Virus record (IMG/VR): IMGVR_UViG_2706795618_000001
Coordinates: 13,833-77,832 of that record
Reading direction: 5' to 3' (one strand)
Source: a virus
Lineage: Duplodnaviria; Caudoviricetes
Length of the DNA stretch: 64,000 nucleotides
Part shown: positions 46,411 to 55,833 of the stretch, piece after piece
Layout: every line of letters starts with the position of its first letter
Position numbering within the stretch: position 1 is the first letter of the stretch
The notes under the pieces: model-generated
What the model saw: only the letters and a program-made list of their open reading frames with translations
The model's database searches: none
Told to the model about the DNA's origin: nothing
Position numbers and translations under genes: made by a program

Positions 46411-46781
46411 GCCCCAAGCGAGTTCAGCGGACCCGCAACACCACCCCGGGGATGCTGCCCGGAGCGGTGTACGTAGGCCGCCCCACCAAGTGGGGCAACC
46501 CGTGGCGCATCACGCCCGAGACCAACCACGCGATGCCGTTCGGTCGCGGGGCCGTGGTCCACCACATCACCGAGGACGCGATTCTCGGTCACTTCGCGGC
46601 CGCCGATGCCGCCCACTGGGCCGTTCAGGCGTACCGGCGTGACCTGACGGACGAGCTGGTGGCCGCCGCCCGCGCCGAGCTACGCGGCCGCGACCTGGCC
46701 TGCTGGTGCCGACTCGACCAGCCGTGCCACGGCGACGTGCTGCTGGCCATCGCCAATGATCTGGAGGGACAACATGTCTGA
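46407..46781 (+). CDS. DUF4326 family protein
   Basis: VYVGRPTKWGNPW, LRGRDLACWC...PCHGDVLL. Confidence 0.85.
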   Translation: MSPKRVQRTRNTTPGMLPGAVYVGRPTKWGNPWRITPETNHAMPFGRGAVVHHITEDAILGHFAAADAAHWAVQAYRRDLTDELVAAARAELRGRDLACWCRLDQPCHGDVLLAIANDLEGQHV

Positions 46782-47817
46782 CCCCGACAACCACCGCTGC
46801 CGGTCGGGTGAGAACTGCGTCAACGCCGACACCAAGGAGACCGACGCCGACGGCCGCACCATCCGGCGCGGCGCGCTGGTGGTGGACGGCCCGCTGTGCG
46901 GTGGGTGCAACTACCGGCTACAGCGAGCCGTCGGCTACATGGCCAAGGACTGGCTACGGCTGCGCGCCCACCTGGGCCAGACGGCATCGGCCGACCTCAA
47001 CGACCGCGTGGGTGGAACCCGTGAGCCCGCAATCCCGCTCAACACCCAGGTGGAGGCGCTGATGTCGCGGTTGGTGGAGCTGGCCGAACGCGCCACCGCG
47101 ATGGTGGGCAAGCCCACCGACCGGTCGCGCGGACGCAGCGACCAGCGCGACGCCCAGGCCATTGACCAGGCGGTACAGAACCTGTTGCCCCGCATCGACA
47201 AACTGCTGGCCGCCCCCGCCACCGACACGCTGGTGTGGTCACGCATCCCCACGGGCGACGACGAATGGAACCCCACCGGTCAGCTGGGCCAGCCGCGCGT
47301 GGTGGCCAAGGTGTCGGGGCTCGACGTGGCGGCCGACATCGTGAAGGCCAGCCGACGGGTCGGCCAGCTGCTGGGCAAGGACCGGCTACGCCACCACTAC
47401 GCGATGCCATGCCCCGCGATGGACAAACGCGGCCGGTACTGCGGGGCAATGACGGTGGGCCGAGACGACGGCCAGGCGCGGGTCAACTGCTCGACCTGCG
47501 GGGCGTCGTGGACCGAAGCCGAATACGACTTTCTGTCCGGCCTGGTGCTGGACGAGATCCAACTACGAGAGGAGAACGACATGCTGCGCTACCTGCTGGC
47601 CGAGGCATACTGGCGGCTCGACAGCCTGCAAATCCGTTCGGACGCACTGACGGCCGAATGGGACAACCTGGTGCAGACCATCCAGGACAACCCCGCCCAG
47701 GCGGTGGAAATCGTCAACGTGATCCGTCAGGCGCTGTCGGGGGTTCTGACCGACGGTGCCGAACCGCACCAGCGGCCAGAAGATCGCGTCACCGCCGCAC
47801 CCAAGGCCAAGCGATGA
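46774..47817 (+). CDS. Hypothetical protein with Zn-binding motifs
   Basis: CRSGENC/LCGGC; PCP...CGAMT...CSTCG.SW. Confidence 0.7.
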   Translation: MSDPDNHRCRSGENCVNADTKETDADGRTIRRGALVVDGPLCGGCNYRLQRAVGYMAKDWLRLRAHLGQTASADLNDRVGGTREPAIPLNTQVEALMSRLVELAERATAMVGKPTDRSRGRSDQRDAQAIDQAVQNLLPRIDKLLAAPATDTLVWSRIPTGDDEWNPTGQLGQPRVVAKVSGLDVAADIVKASRRVGQLLGKDRLRHHYAMPCPAMDKRGRYCGAMTVGRDDGQARVNCSTCGASWTEAEYDFLSGLVLDEIQLREENDMLRYLLAEAYWRLDSLQIRSDALTAEWDNLVQTIQDNPAQAVEIVNVIRQALSGVLTDGAEPHQRPEDRVTAAPKAKR

Positions 47818-48134
47818 CCCACCAGGCTGACATCGCCGCAATCCTCGCGGCCCATCAATTCCACTGGGGCAGAGGTGGAACCACATGCCGGGGCAGCGGG
47901 TGCGACTGGCGTGGCGGTTACCGACCCGCGCACGAACGGCACGTCGCCGAGCTGATCGACGCCGCGCTGCATCCACGCATCGAGACCTTGGACCAGCTGG
48001 CCGAATACGTGGACCAGCACGGCCACGAAATCGTCGTGCTCGACGCCAACGGCAACGCATGGCAAGGCGTCTACGACATGAGCCCCGACGACCTCACCGC
48101 CCGCGTGCTCTACACCCCGGGGGCCGGCCGGTGA
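47814..48134 (+). CDS. Hypothetical protein
   Basis: ATGA overlap. Confidence 0.6.
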   Translation: MTHQADIAAILAAHQFHWGRGGTTCRGSGCDWRGGYRPAHERHVAELIDAALHPRIETLDQLAEYVDQHGHEIVVLDANGNAWQGVYDMSPDDLTARVLYTPGAGR

Positions 48135-48328
48135 TGGAGACCCAGGGGTGGACCGCGCTGCTGGCCCGGCTGACGGGCAAGTACGGGGCCGCTTGGTGGG
48201 CGATGGCCTACGCCAACAACCCGTTCTGGCGGTCGTGGCGCGAGCAGCAGCCACACAACATGCAGCCCATCGAGATGGAGGCGTGCCAGCACGTGCTCGA
48301 CAACTGGCCGCTGGAGGACAACCGATGA
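48131..48328 (+). CDS. Small hypothetical protein
   Basis: GTGA overlap. Confidence 0.55.
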   Translation: MMETQGWTALLARLTGKYGAAWWAMAYANNPFWRSWREQQPHNMQPIEMEACQHVLDNWPLEDNR

Positions 48329-48546
48329 GCGACAACACGTTCCAGGCCCGCTACCCCGGAGTGTGCGGCAACTGCGGTGAGCGGTTCCCGGAGGGAACGG
48401 ACATCCGCGCCAGCGAGCACGACGGCTGGGTCCACGCCCCAACGTGTCCCGTCCCCGACGGGGAGGACGAACCCGATCTATCGACCGAAGGGCACGGCCA
48501 CCTGTGCCCGTACTGCAACACCTACCACCGAGGGGAGTGCTGGTAA
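48325..48546 (+). CDS. Small Cys/His protein
   Basis: FQARYPGVC..CG...H..C. Confidence 0.6.
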   Translation: MSDNTFQARYPGVCGNCGERFPEGTDIRASEHDGWVHAPTCPVPDGEDEPDLSTEGHGHLCPYCNTYHRGECW

Positions 48547-48815
48547 TGCGGCCCACCAACATCGGGATCGTCCGCGACGGCAAGCCGGTGCCGCTGGAGC
48601 TGACGCCGATGACCGACCCACCCGACGACGGGCTGGAGCACTGGTCATCGGCCACCGACCTACAGACCGGCGACAACCTGAAGATCGAGCATCTGACTTC
48701 CGGTGTGGCCATTCACTTCCCGGGGTGCGTGGTGGTGCGGCCACCCGACGGCGGCGCGGTCTACCTGATCGGCCAACCCGGAACGATCAACGAGGTAAAG
48801 GACAGCGAATCGTGA
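48546..48815 (+). CDS. Hypothetical protein
   Basis: TAATG junction. Confidence 0.55.
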   Translation: MRPTNIGIVRDGKPVPLELTPMTDPPDDGLEHWSSATDLQTGDNLKIEHLTSGVAIHFPGCVVVRPPDGGAVYLIGQPGTINEVKDSES

Positions 48816-49159
48816 ACCACCAACACAAGTTCCGTCCGGGGGTGGCGGGTAAAACGGCCGCCGTGGACCTGCTGTATCAGCATTGCCGCCGGGTCAAGGG
48901 GCGCGGCTGGCTGTACCACGGCCAACACCACCTCGACGTGGTGTCGCTGACGGTCGATGACATCCGCGATTCGTTGCGGCCCAAGGCGGGCCGGCCGATC
49001 CTGCTGCGGTCAGTGATCAGCAACGTCAGGGTGTTTGGGCTCGTCCCGGGCTCTGACGACACCCCACGGGCAACGCTGACCATCGAGCACGGCGAACCGG
49101 TGTTGTCGCTGGCGGTGCTGACAGGCCCCAGCGAGCTGCCGCCGGGAGCGGACCAGTGA
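48812..49159 (+). CDS. Hypothetical protein
   Basis: GTGA overlaps. Confidence 0.55.
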   Translation: MNHQHKFRPGVAGKTAAVDLLYQHCRRVKGRGWLYHGQHHLDVVSLTVDDIRDSLRPKAGRPILLRSVISNVRVFGLVPGSDDTPRATLTIEHGEPVLSLAVLTGPSELPPGADQ

Positions 49160-49575
49160 CGGCCGCCGTCGTGGCAACGCTGATCGCCTTGTCACCAGCC
49201 GTCACCAGCAGCAATGGACTCCAACCTGATACCCAACTGGTAGTGGACTACGTTCGGGCCCACTACCCCGAGGTCGGCCAGATCGGCACCGTACGGGCCG
49301 ACGCTCTCCCCGACCACCCCACGGGCCACGCGGCCGACGTGATGATCCCCGGGTGGGACACCCCCGAAGGTAAGGCGCTGGGCGACCGGATCGCCGACGA
49401 CGTGCTGGCCCACGCGGCGCAGCTGGGGGTCAAGTACGTCATCTGGCAGCAGACCTACCGGACGCCCGACGGTGCGGCCCAACGGATGCCGAGCCGCGGC
49501 AATCCCAACGCCAACCACTACACCCACGTGCACGTCACCACCTGGGGCAACCGGGGAACGGGGGTCGAGGAATGA
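49156..49575 (+). CDS. Secreted putative Zn-peptidase (peptidoglycan hydrolase-like)
   Basis: Signal-like N-terminus; DHPTGHAADV, YVIWQQ, HYTHVHV. Confidence 0.7.
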   Translation: MTAAVVATLIALSPAVTSSNGLQPDTQLVVDYVRAHYPEVGQIGTVRADALPDHPTGHAADVMIPGWDTPEGKALGDRIADDVLAHAAQLGVKYVIWQQTYRTPDGAAQRMPSRGNPNANHYTHVHVTTWGNRGTGVEE

Positions 49576-50108
49576 TGCCGATCCCACACCACCCGGCCAA
49601 TTGCCCCGGGTGCCTCAACGCCCAACCGCCAGCCGCCAGGAGCGACGGCGCGTGGCGCATCGGAGAACGCTGGAGCCCGTTCTACCTGTTGCCCAACGAC
49701 TTCCGCTGGTGGCGTAGCCCGATGCGGTCGGCCGACATCGTGGAGTACCAGATCACCGACGACCAGGCGGCGGTGCTGCTGACGGTCGTGCTCGACGGCA
49801 TCACCCGCGTGCCAATCCGGGCCGACGAGGTCGCGCGTGCCCGCGTGATCACCCAGGACCGCGTGCCCACCGGCCTGTACGCCGACCGGATGATCGCCAC
49901 CACCCACGTGGTGGTGGACGTGTTGACCAACCTGCCGCCGGCCCGGCTGTTGCCGTGGCGACCCCTGACGGACCCCGGGGACTTCGACCCGCCACCCGAC
50001 CGGCGACGGCGCTACGACGCCGGGCCGCCACCGCACAACGTGGAGGAACGGTCCACGTGGCTGCCACCCGACTCGCTGGCGCTCGACCGTCTGAGGTACG
50101 GCGTCTGA
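49572..50108 (+). CDS. Hypothetical protein
   Basis: ATGA overlap. Confidence 0.55.
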   Translation: MMPIPHHPANCPGCLNAQPPAARSDGAWRIGERWSPFYLLPNDFRWWRSPMRSADIVEYQITDDQAAVLLTVVLDGITRVPIRADEVARARVITQDRVPTGLYADRMIATTHVVVDVLTNLPPARLLPWRPLTDPGDFDPPPDRRRRYDAGPPPHNVEERSTWLPPDSLALDRLRYGV

Positions 50109-50503
50109 TGGGATTCCACATTTTCGGTACCAAACACCTACAGCCACAACCGAGTTCAGAGGAGACACTTTCGGTGAGCGCGCCTGTCTACACCACCCAA
50201 ACCCCCAAGCCGCGCAGGCCCAAGCCCCGCAGCGCGCGAGAGGCGTTGGACCGCATTGCCCAACGGCGGGGGTGGTCGGTGGAGCAGGGGACCAAGGAAT
50301 GCGGCCACCACTGGTCGGTGTACCGGCGCGGCGACATCACCATCAGGGTGGACTGGACGTTCCGGCTCCATATCCGGTACGCCACCCTGCGTTCTCCTGG
50401 GTGTGAGGCCGACGCGCCGACCAAGGACACCCCGATGGACAGCCACCACGCGCGGTTCGCCTGGGTAGCGGACCACCTGTACCGGCAGGGGGTGCCGCAG
50501 TGA
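50108..50503 (+). CDS. Hypothetical protein
   Basis: TGATG junction. Confidence 0.55.
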   Translation: MGFHIFGTKHLQPQPSSEETLSVSAPVYTTQTPKPRRPKPRSAREALDRIAQRRGWSVEQGTKECGHHWSVYRRGDITIRVDWTFRLHIRYATLRSPGCEADAPTKDTPMDSHHARFAWVADHLYRQGVPQ

Positions 50504-51093
50504 AGGTTTGGACCGTATGGGTGAACGAGGACTACAACGAGGACACGGCGGTGCTGGGGGTCAGGCCGTCAGTGCTCGACGCCCTGGACGTGGGCCACGC
50601 CGCGCTGACGGCACCCGAGAGCCGGTGGTATTCGGCCCACCTGGAGCAGTGGGACACCAAAGGCGGGCCACGGTTACGTGACCTGTCGGTGATCGCCAAA
50701 CCGGACCAGGAACGGTGCCGCGAGTGCGGACAGGCCGCGGTGGTGGTGGATTGGCCCGCCAGCCAGTCCATCCGGCTGACATATCTGTGCCGCCAACACC
50801 TCCAAGCGTCCGACCCCATCACCGTGGGGGTGGAGGCGCTGTGCCGTCAGGCGGGAACCAACATCGCCCCCGGGGTACCCATCGGGATGCCGGCGTGCAG
50901 CCAGGTGTGCGGGCTGTGCATCGGCCACGAGGACGACACCCCCATCATGCTGACGTGCGGCAGGTGCGGGCACGCCGAGACGGTGCCGCGCAGGCACATT
51001 CGCCCCGATGTGTACGGCCCCAGATGTCTGTGCGGCCGGAACGATTGGCGGTACTCCGACGGCAAGATGACACCGTTCCGAAAGGCAAGCTAG
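50500..51093 (+). CDS. Hypothetical Cys-rich protein
   Basis: GTGA overlap. Confidence 0.55.
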   Translation: MKVWTVWVNEDYNEDTAVLGVRPSVLDALDVGHAALTAPESRWYSAHLEQWDTKGGPRLRDLSVIAKPDQERCRECGQAAVVVDWPASQSIRLTYLCRQHLQASDPITVGVEALCRQAGTNIAPGVPIGMPACSQVCGLCIGHEDDTPIMLTCGRCGHAETVPRRHIRPDVYGPRCLCGRNDWRYSDGKMTPFRKAS

Positions 51094-51500
51094 TGACCGA
51101 GCAGCAGAGGGTGTGGCGGTTCCCGGGTGACACCGCCGAGGACAAGGCCAAACGTGTTGCGCTGTCGTACCGGCGGCTGGCCGAGCAGATGAACCCCGAC
51201 GCGGTGGCCAACCTGGACCGCCAGTGGCAGGACCAAGGGGTGTACTGGACCGTCCCGTCCGACGAGCCAATCGACCACGACGCCTGGCTGACCGCGGCCG
51301 ACATGGTGCTGCATCTCAAGCACCTGGTGACGCTCAACGAGCAGCAGATTCGCCAGATGGCATACCGCAAACGCAAAGGGCGCGACGGGATTATCGAGGA
51401 GCCGGGGGCCGACGGCCGACCCCGGTACAACGTCGGCGACCTGCTGGCGTACCTGACGCGGCAACGAACCCGACGACAAGGCAAGGAGGCAACAGCGTGA
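51093..51500 (+). CDS. HTH DNA-binding protein (MerR/excisionase-like C-terminus)
   Basis: W.FPGDT.EDKAKRVALSYR; IRQMAYR...PRYNVGD. Confidence 0.7.
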   Translation: MTEQQRVWRFPGDTAEDKAKRVALSYRRLAEQMNPDAVANLDRQWQDQGVYWTVPSDEPIDHDAWLTAADMVLHLKHLVTLNEQQIRQMAYRKRKGRDGIIEEPGADGRPRYNVGDLLAYLTRQRTRRQGKEATA

Positions 51501-51604
51501 GCGTCGTAATCGTCACCCCCGCACAGGCGCTGATCATCACGGCCATTGTGGTCGGCGTGATCGCCATCGGTGCCGTGGTGGTGTATTGGAGGGCCGGTAG
51601 GTGA
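51497..51604 (+). CDS. Very small membrane protein
   Basis: Single TM helix; overlaps on both sides. Confidence 0.5.
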   Translation: MSVVIVTPAQALIITAIVVGVIAIGAVVVYWRAGR

Positions 51605-52650
51605 CGGCGCGCCGAGAGATGCCCAACGGCGACATCGTGGAGTGCGCGGGGCCGGGACGGTGCCGACACTGCGACAACCCGGAGTACCAGAGCTGCCGCT
51701 GCTGCGGTGAGGACGTGCTGCCGTTCGTCGCGGGAAGCTACCCCGAACACCAGCTGTGCGACGACTGCGGCCGGGGCAAATGCACGCGCTGCATCAACGA
51801 GGTTCGCGCCATCTGGGGCGGCAAGCAGCCGCAACGCAACCCGGAACAGGACGTGATCGACGCTATCGACGCCCTGGTGGATGACCAGCTGGCCGGCGGC
51901 CCACGCGACGACTACAGCAAGCCCTACACAGAGAAGTGCCCCCAGTGCGGTGGCAGCTGGCACGGGCTCAAACGCGGCGATTGCCCTGGGGCAACGGGAA
52001 TCGAGGGCAACCCCGAGGAGGGGGCCAAGCGCGACACCGACGTGTGGGCACGCCAAGAGGACACCGACAACCCCATGACGCGGGCGGCCCGCAACATCGG
52101 ACAGGCAAGGTCGGTACTGGACCAGATTCTGGCGGCCGATCCGGGCGTACCGCCCAGTGGATTCCGGGTCGGGCGAGCAGTCGGGGAGCGGCGGCCGCCG
52201 TACAACCCCATCGACAACCGCCACCCCTCACGCCAGCAGTTCGCGATCAGCGACGCGATGGCTCTGCACTGGGATGACCTGCCGCCCATCAGAAGCGGCC
52301 CGATCCTGCATCCTCCCGGGTCGCCCCGGCCTGGGGTGATGACGTTGGACATCGTGACGGTGCAGTGCGCGGTGTTCCCTTGCACCATCCCGTTCCAAGA
52401 TGCCTGGGAGTTCCGGGTGGCCACCAGCCGAGCAGGCGACATCCAGCAGGTTGGAATGGTGATCACCACTGAGTTCCTGCGCGCGGGCTACCGGGGCACG
52501 CGGTTCTCAACGATCCCGTTGCGCCACTTGGGTGTCGAGGCTGAGCTGGTGTTGCTCCACGGCGGCACCGTGGTGATGGACGTGCCGCACCCGGGTGACT
52601 CCGAGCGGTCGGTCCGTATGGGATTCCTGGGGGCGGGGGGTATGCCGTGA
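51601..52650 (+). CDS. Multidomain hypothetical protein with Zn-binding motifs
   Basis: DVIDAIDALVD...CPQCG..WHG motif. Confidence 0.6.
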   Translation: MTARREMPNGDIVECAGPGRCRHCDNPEYQSCRCCGEDVLPFVAGSYPEHQLCDDCGRGKCTRCINEVRAIWGGKQPQRNPEQDVIDAIDALVDDQLAGGPRDDYSKPYTEKCPQCGGSWHGLKRGDCPGATGIEGNPEEGAKRDTDVWARQEDTDNPMTRAARNIGQARSVLDQILAADPGVPPSGFRVGRAVGERRPPYNPIDNRHPSRQQFAISDAMALHWDDLPPIRSGPILHPPGSPRPGVMTLDIVTVQCAVFPCTIPFQDAWEFRVATSRAGDIQQVGMVITTEFLRAGYRGTRFSTIPLRHLGVEAELVLLHGGTVVMDVPHPGDSERSVRMGFLGAGGMP

Positions 52651-52916
52651 AGCTGTCACGTCGAGAGCGCGCCGTCCTGGGCGCGCTGGCCCGCCAGGGT
52701 TCGTGGCCCCAGCGCACCACCACGGGGTGGACCGGTGAAGCGGCCCAAGCCGATTGGGTGCCCGACAGTCGGAAGGTGTTGGCCCAGCTGGCGTCTCAGG
52801 GGCTGGTGGTGGATGAGTCGCGGCCGTCGATGGTGGCGACGGGTCAGCGGGTGGTGATGACCAAGGCCAGCCGGTACAGCATCACCGACCGGGGCCGCGC
52901 GGCGCTGGGCCGGTGA
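52647..52916 (+). CDS. Winged-helix-like hypothetical protein
   Basis: LAQLASQGLV...YSITDRGR. Confidence 0.6.
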   Translation: MKLSRRERAVLGALARQGSWPQRTTTGWTGEAAQADWVPDSRKVLAQLASQGLVVDESRPSMVATGQRVVMTKASRYSITDRGRAALGR

Positions 52917-53051
52917 TGGCCCATACCCCCGTCACCGTCGAGCTGCTGCGACGACTACGCGCCCAGCAGGGGAGACCGCTACACCAGGCCCGCCACCTCC
53001 ACCTGGTCCCACCGCTGGCCGACGCTGCAAGCTCGACGTTTCAGCAGGTGG

Positions 53052-53111
53052 TTGCGGGTGGGCCGTCTAGTGAGCTATAAATCACCCATCGGGCAGGTAG
53101 CAGACCAGCCC
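53052..53111 (+). promoter_or_regulatory. Repeat cassette copy 7
   Basis: TTGCGG-N18-TATAAA, operator, hairpin with AGCAG loop. Confidence 0.85.
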
Positions 53112-53128
53112 CGACCCCGGAGGGACCG

Positions 53129-53911
53129 ATGACCACCATGACGACCCGCAAGCCCACCTACAAGTCGGAGATCCTGGGCACCGTCACCCTGAACCTGTAC
53201 ACCGATCCCCACCCCGGCCGTGACGCCAAGGACCGGGTGCCGGTGCCGTGTGCCAAGTGCGGTGGTACCGGTCGGATCGAGGCGTTCGGGTACATCGACG
53301 GTGGCCGCTGCTGGGACTGCAACGGGCACGGCCAGAGCAGCATCAGCGTCGGCACCGCCCGCAAGTACGCCCGCAGCGAGGCCTTCGCGCTGGAGTACGG
53401 CGACCAGATCGACGCCTACTGGCGCGACATCGAGGAGAAGAACCGGGTTGCCCGGGAAGCCGCGGAATGGGCAGCCGCCTGGGACGAGGCCCACACCGAG
53501 AACGCGCGCCGCGCCACCCTGAACCAGACGGTGATGGGCCAGGAGGGCGACAAGCTGGCCGACATCGAGGTGACGGTGGAGGTAGCCAAGAGCATCGAGG
53601 TGCCGGGGTACCGGTACGGCACCGACTGGAAGCGGTTCGTGGTGCTCAAGACGGCCGACGGCCAGGTGGCCAAGGTGTTCGGTACCGCGGAGTGCCTGTG
53701 GAAGGTGGAGCGCGGCGACCGCGCGGTGATCCGGCGCGCGACGGTCAAGGGTCACGACGAGTACCAGGGCCAGAAGCAGACCGAGCTGACCCGGGTCAAG
53801 CTGGAGAAGATCGAGCCCTACGAGTGCCCCGATTGCGGGGAGGGCCACGACGGCACGGTGACCGGTACCGAGCGGTGCCCGTCGTGTGAGAACGAGCCTG
53901 CCGACGACTGA
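53129..53911 (+). CDS. Zn-finger (CxxCxGxG) plus OB-fold-like protein
   Basis: CAKCGGTG...CWDCNGHG; TVKGHDEYQGQKQTELTR. Confidence 0.75.
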   Translation: MTTMTTRKPTYKSEILGTVTLNLYTDPHPGRDAKDRVPVPCAKCGGTGRIEAFGYIDGGRCWDCNGHGQSSISVGTARKYARSEAFALEYGDQIDAYWRDIEEKNRVAREAAEWAAAWDEAHTENARRATLNQTVMGQEGDKLADIEVTVEVAKSIEVPGYRYGTDWKRFVVLKTADGQVAKVFGTAECLWKVERGDRAVIRRATVKGHDEYQGQKQTELTRVKLEKIEPYECPDCGEGHDGTVTGTERCPSCENEPADD

Positions 53912-53925
53912 CCGACACCACCCGA

Positions 53926-53952
53926 CAAACCCCCCACCCGCTGGGGGGTTTG
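53926..53952 (+). terminator. Intrinsic terminator
   Basis: 11-bp stem CAAACCCCCCA/TGGGGGGTTTG. Confidence 0.75.
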
Positions 53953-53983
53953 TTGCTGGCCCGGCTGGAACTACCCTCACCAC

Positions 53984-54424
53984 ATGGGTCGAACCGTCGC
54001 CGTGATCGCCGCCGCTGCCGCGATATTGGCCGGCTGCGGCCAGCAGCCCACCGCCGCCCCCTCCACCGTCACGGTGACTGAGACCCGCACCGTCACAGCA
54101 GCACCCACCGCAGAACCCGCTGCCGCCCCCGCCGCACCATCGGGCGACACCTACCGGGGTAACGGGGTGTATGCCGTCGGCCAGCACCCGCACAGCGGCC
54201 TCAAGGCTGCGATGCCACCCGGGCGGTACACCGTGAGCCTGATGGACGACCAGGCGTTCGGTACGTGGGCGCGCTGCTCCGACGTGCTGTGCGGTTCCAG
54301 CTACCCCGACAACGTGATCGGCGACGGGATCGCCTCCGGGGTGGGGTACTCCGAGGTGGTGGAGGTGCTGCCGTCCGACGTGGCGGTGTACCTGTTCAAC
54401 GTCCGGTTCACCTCCGTCACGTAG
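53984..54424 (+). CDS. Lipoprotein
   Basis: Lipobox LAGC; Thr/Ala/Pro linker; TACCCT 6 nt before ATG. Confidence 0.8.
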   Translation: MGRTVAVIAAAAAILAGCGQQPTAAPSTVTVTETRTVTAAPTAEPAAAPAAPSGDTYRGNGVYAVGQHPHSGLKAAMPPGRYTVSLMDDQAFGTWARCSDVLCGSSYPDNVIGDGIASGVGYSEVVEVLPSDVAVYLFNVRFTSVT

Positions 54425-54535
54425 CGGTACCGCCCACACCCCTGCCGTCGCTGCCGCCAGACGGCCACCCACTAGTCGGGACCACCACAACCACTAACCG
54501 GCAGAATCGCGCCTGCACGGCCTTTGTGCAGGTGG

Positions 54536-54595
54536 TTGTGGCCGCATGGTCTAGTGAGCTATAACCGTCACAACGGGCAGGTATGAGACCAGCCC
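54536..54595 (+). promoter_or_regulatory. Repeat cassette copy 8
   Basis: TTGTGG-N18-TATAAC, operator, hairpin with ATGAG loop. Confidence 0.85.
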
Positions 54596-54614
54596 CCAAC
54601 CCCCAGGGGTAGCG

Positions 54615-54992
54615 ATGACCACCACCACCACCGCCATGACGTGGAAGTACGACAGCGAGATGTCGCGGGCGTACTGGGCCGACACCGAGCTGTACACCTT
54701 CCGCATCCGCAAGGCGACCAACGCCAAGCGCGACGGCTGGGAGGTGGCAATCAAGCACACCCTGACCACCGCCGGGGTGCGTCACAGCCTGGGCCAGCCC
54801 GACATCGCGGCCGAGGTGATCGACGGCCTGAAGATGGGCAAGCGCGTGGTGGCCCACTTCCTCGACATCGTGCCCGACGGCGAGCCCGTCAGCCCCCACA
54901 CCGCCAAGCGCGCGCTGGAGCAGGCGTTGAGCCGGGTCTACGACGAGGACAGCCGCGCCATCGTCGCGGCCTACGACGCCAGCACCCGCTGA
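54615..54992 (+). CDS. Hypothetical protein
   Basis: First gene of cassette 8. Confidence 0.75.
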   Translation: MTTTTTAMTWKYDSEMSRAYWADTELYTFRIRKATNAKRDGWEVAIKHTLTTAGVRHSLGQPDIAAEVIDGLKMGKRVVAHFLDIVPDGEPVSPHTAKRALEQALSRVYDEDSRAIVAAYDASTR

Positions 54993-55006
54993 CGCGGGGC
55001 CGACCG

Positions 55007-55411
55007 ATGAGCACCACCGACCCCTACACCCACGACCGCCAAGCCTGCAGCGACTGCGACCGTCAGCGCCGCCTGTGGGGGCCAGACAGCCACTGCGACC
55101 GTACCCACGACTTCCGCGAGGGCCAGCTGGTCACCATCGGCCGCGGCACCCGGCCGTGGACTATCACCTGGGCCACCGGCTCCCTGGTCCAGGTGTCGCG
55201 TGAGATTCCCGCCAGATACTTCGGCACGCGACTGCACAGCCGGACGTTCGGCAAGGGCGGCCGCCGGCCCATCACTGACCTGCACCTGGTTGAGCCCCAA
55301 CGGGTTCCGTTGGCCGACCGCAAGCGGTCCATCGACGGCCAGCTGGTGTGCCCGACCTGCGGGGGAATCGGGCACACCAGCTGTGTATGCAAGGGGCCGC
55401 GTATGGCGTGA
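55007..55411 (+). CDS. Hypothetical protein with Cys motifs
   Basis: CSDC, CPTCGG.GH..C.C. Confidence 0.6.
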   Translation: MSTTDPYTHDRQACSDCDRQRRLWGPDSHCDRTHDFREGQLVTIGRGTRPWTITWATGSLVQVSREIPARYFGTRLHSRTFGKGGRRPITDLHLVEPQRVPLADRKRSIDGQLVCPTCGGIGHTSCVCKGPRMA

Positions 55412-55470
55412 CGTGTCCGACCACCCGGCAACAATCCACGAAACCGCACCACTTGAACGAAAGACACCGC

Positions 55471-55833
55471 ATGACAACAACATCCATCTCCCTCAGCGTG
55501 ACCGTCGGGCTGCCCTGGGACAGCCACATGGGCCGGTCAATCCAGCTCAATCGGTACGGCCACCACCCCCAGCTGGTGGGCCACATCCGACAGCTGCCCG
55601 TCGGGGACCGCCGCGGCCACGACCGATGGACCCTGGAGCTGACCCCCTACGTGAAGGACCGGCTCAACAGCCAGCAGCGGCTGAGCATCGAGAGCATCGC
55701 CCAGCTGTGGGGCGACATGGAGCAGGCCCGCAACGGTGCCTACGTGGTGGCGGGGATGCTGCTCGCGTGGTGGCTGGCCAATCAGCTGCCGCGCAATACG
55801 TTCGATGACCTGGAGACGGCGGTGGCCCAGTGA
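55471..55833 (+). CDS. Hypothetical protein, paralog of next gene
   Basis: W..MEQ.R.GA...GM.L.WW...LPR. Confidence 0.7.
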   Translation: MTTTSISLSVTVGLPWDSHMGRSIQLNRYGHHPQLVGHIRQLPVGDRRGHDRWTLELTPYVKDRLNSQQRLSIESIAQLWGDMEQARNGAYVVAGMLLAWWLANQLPRNTFDDLETAVAQ

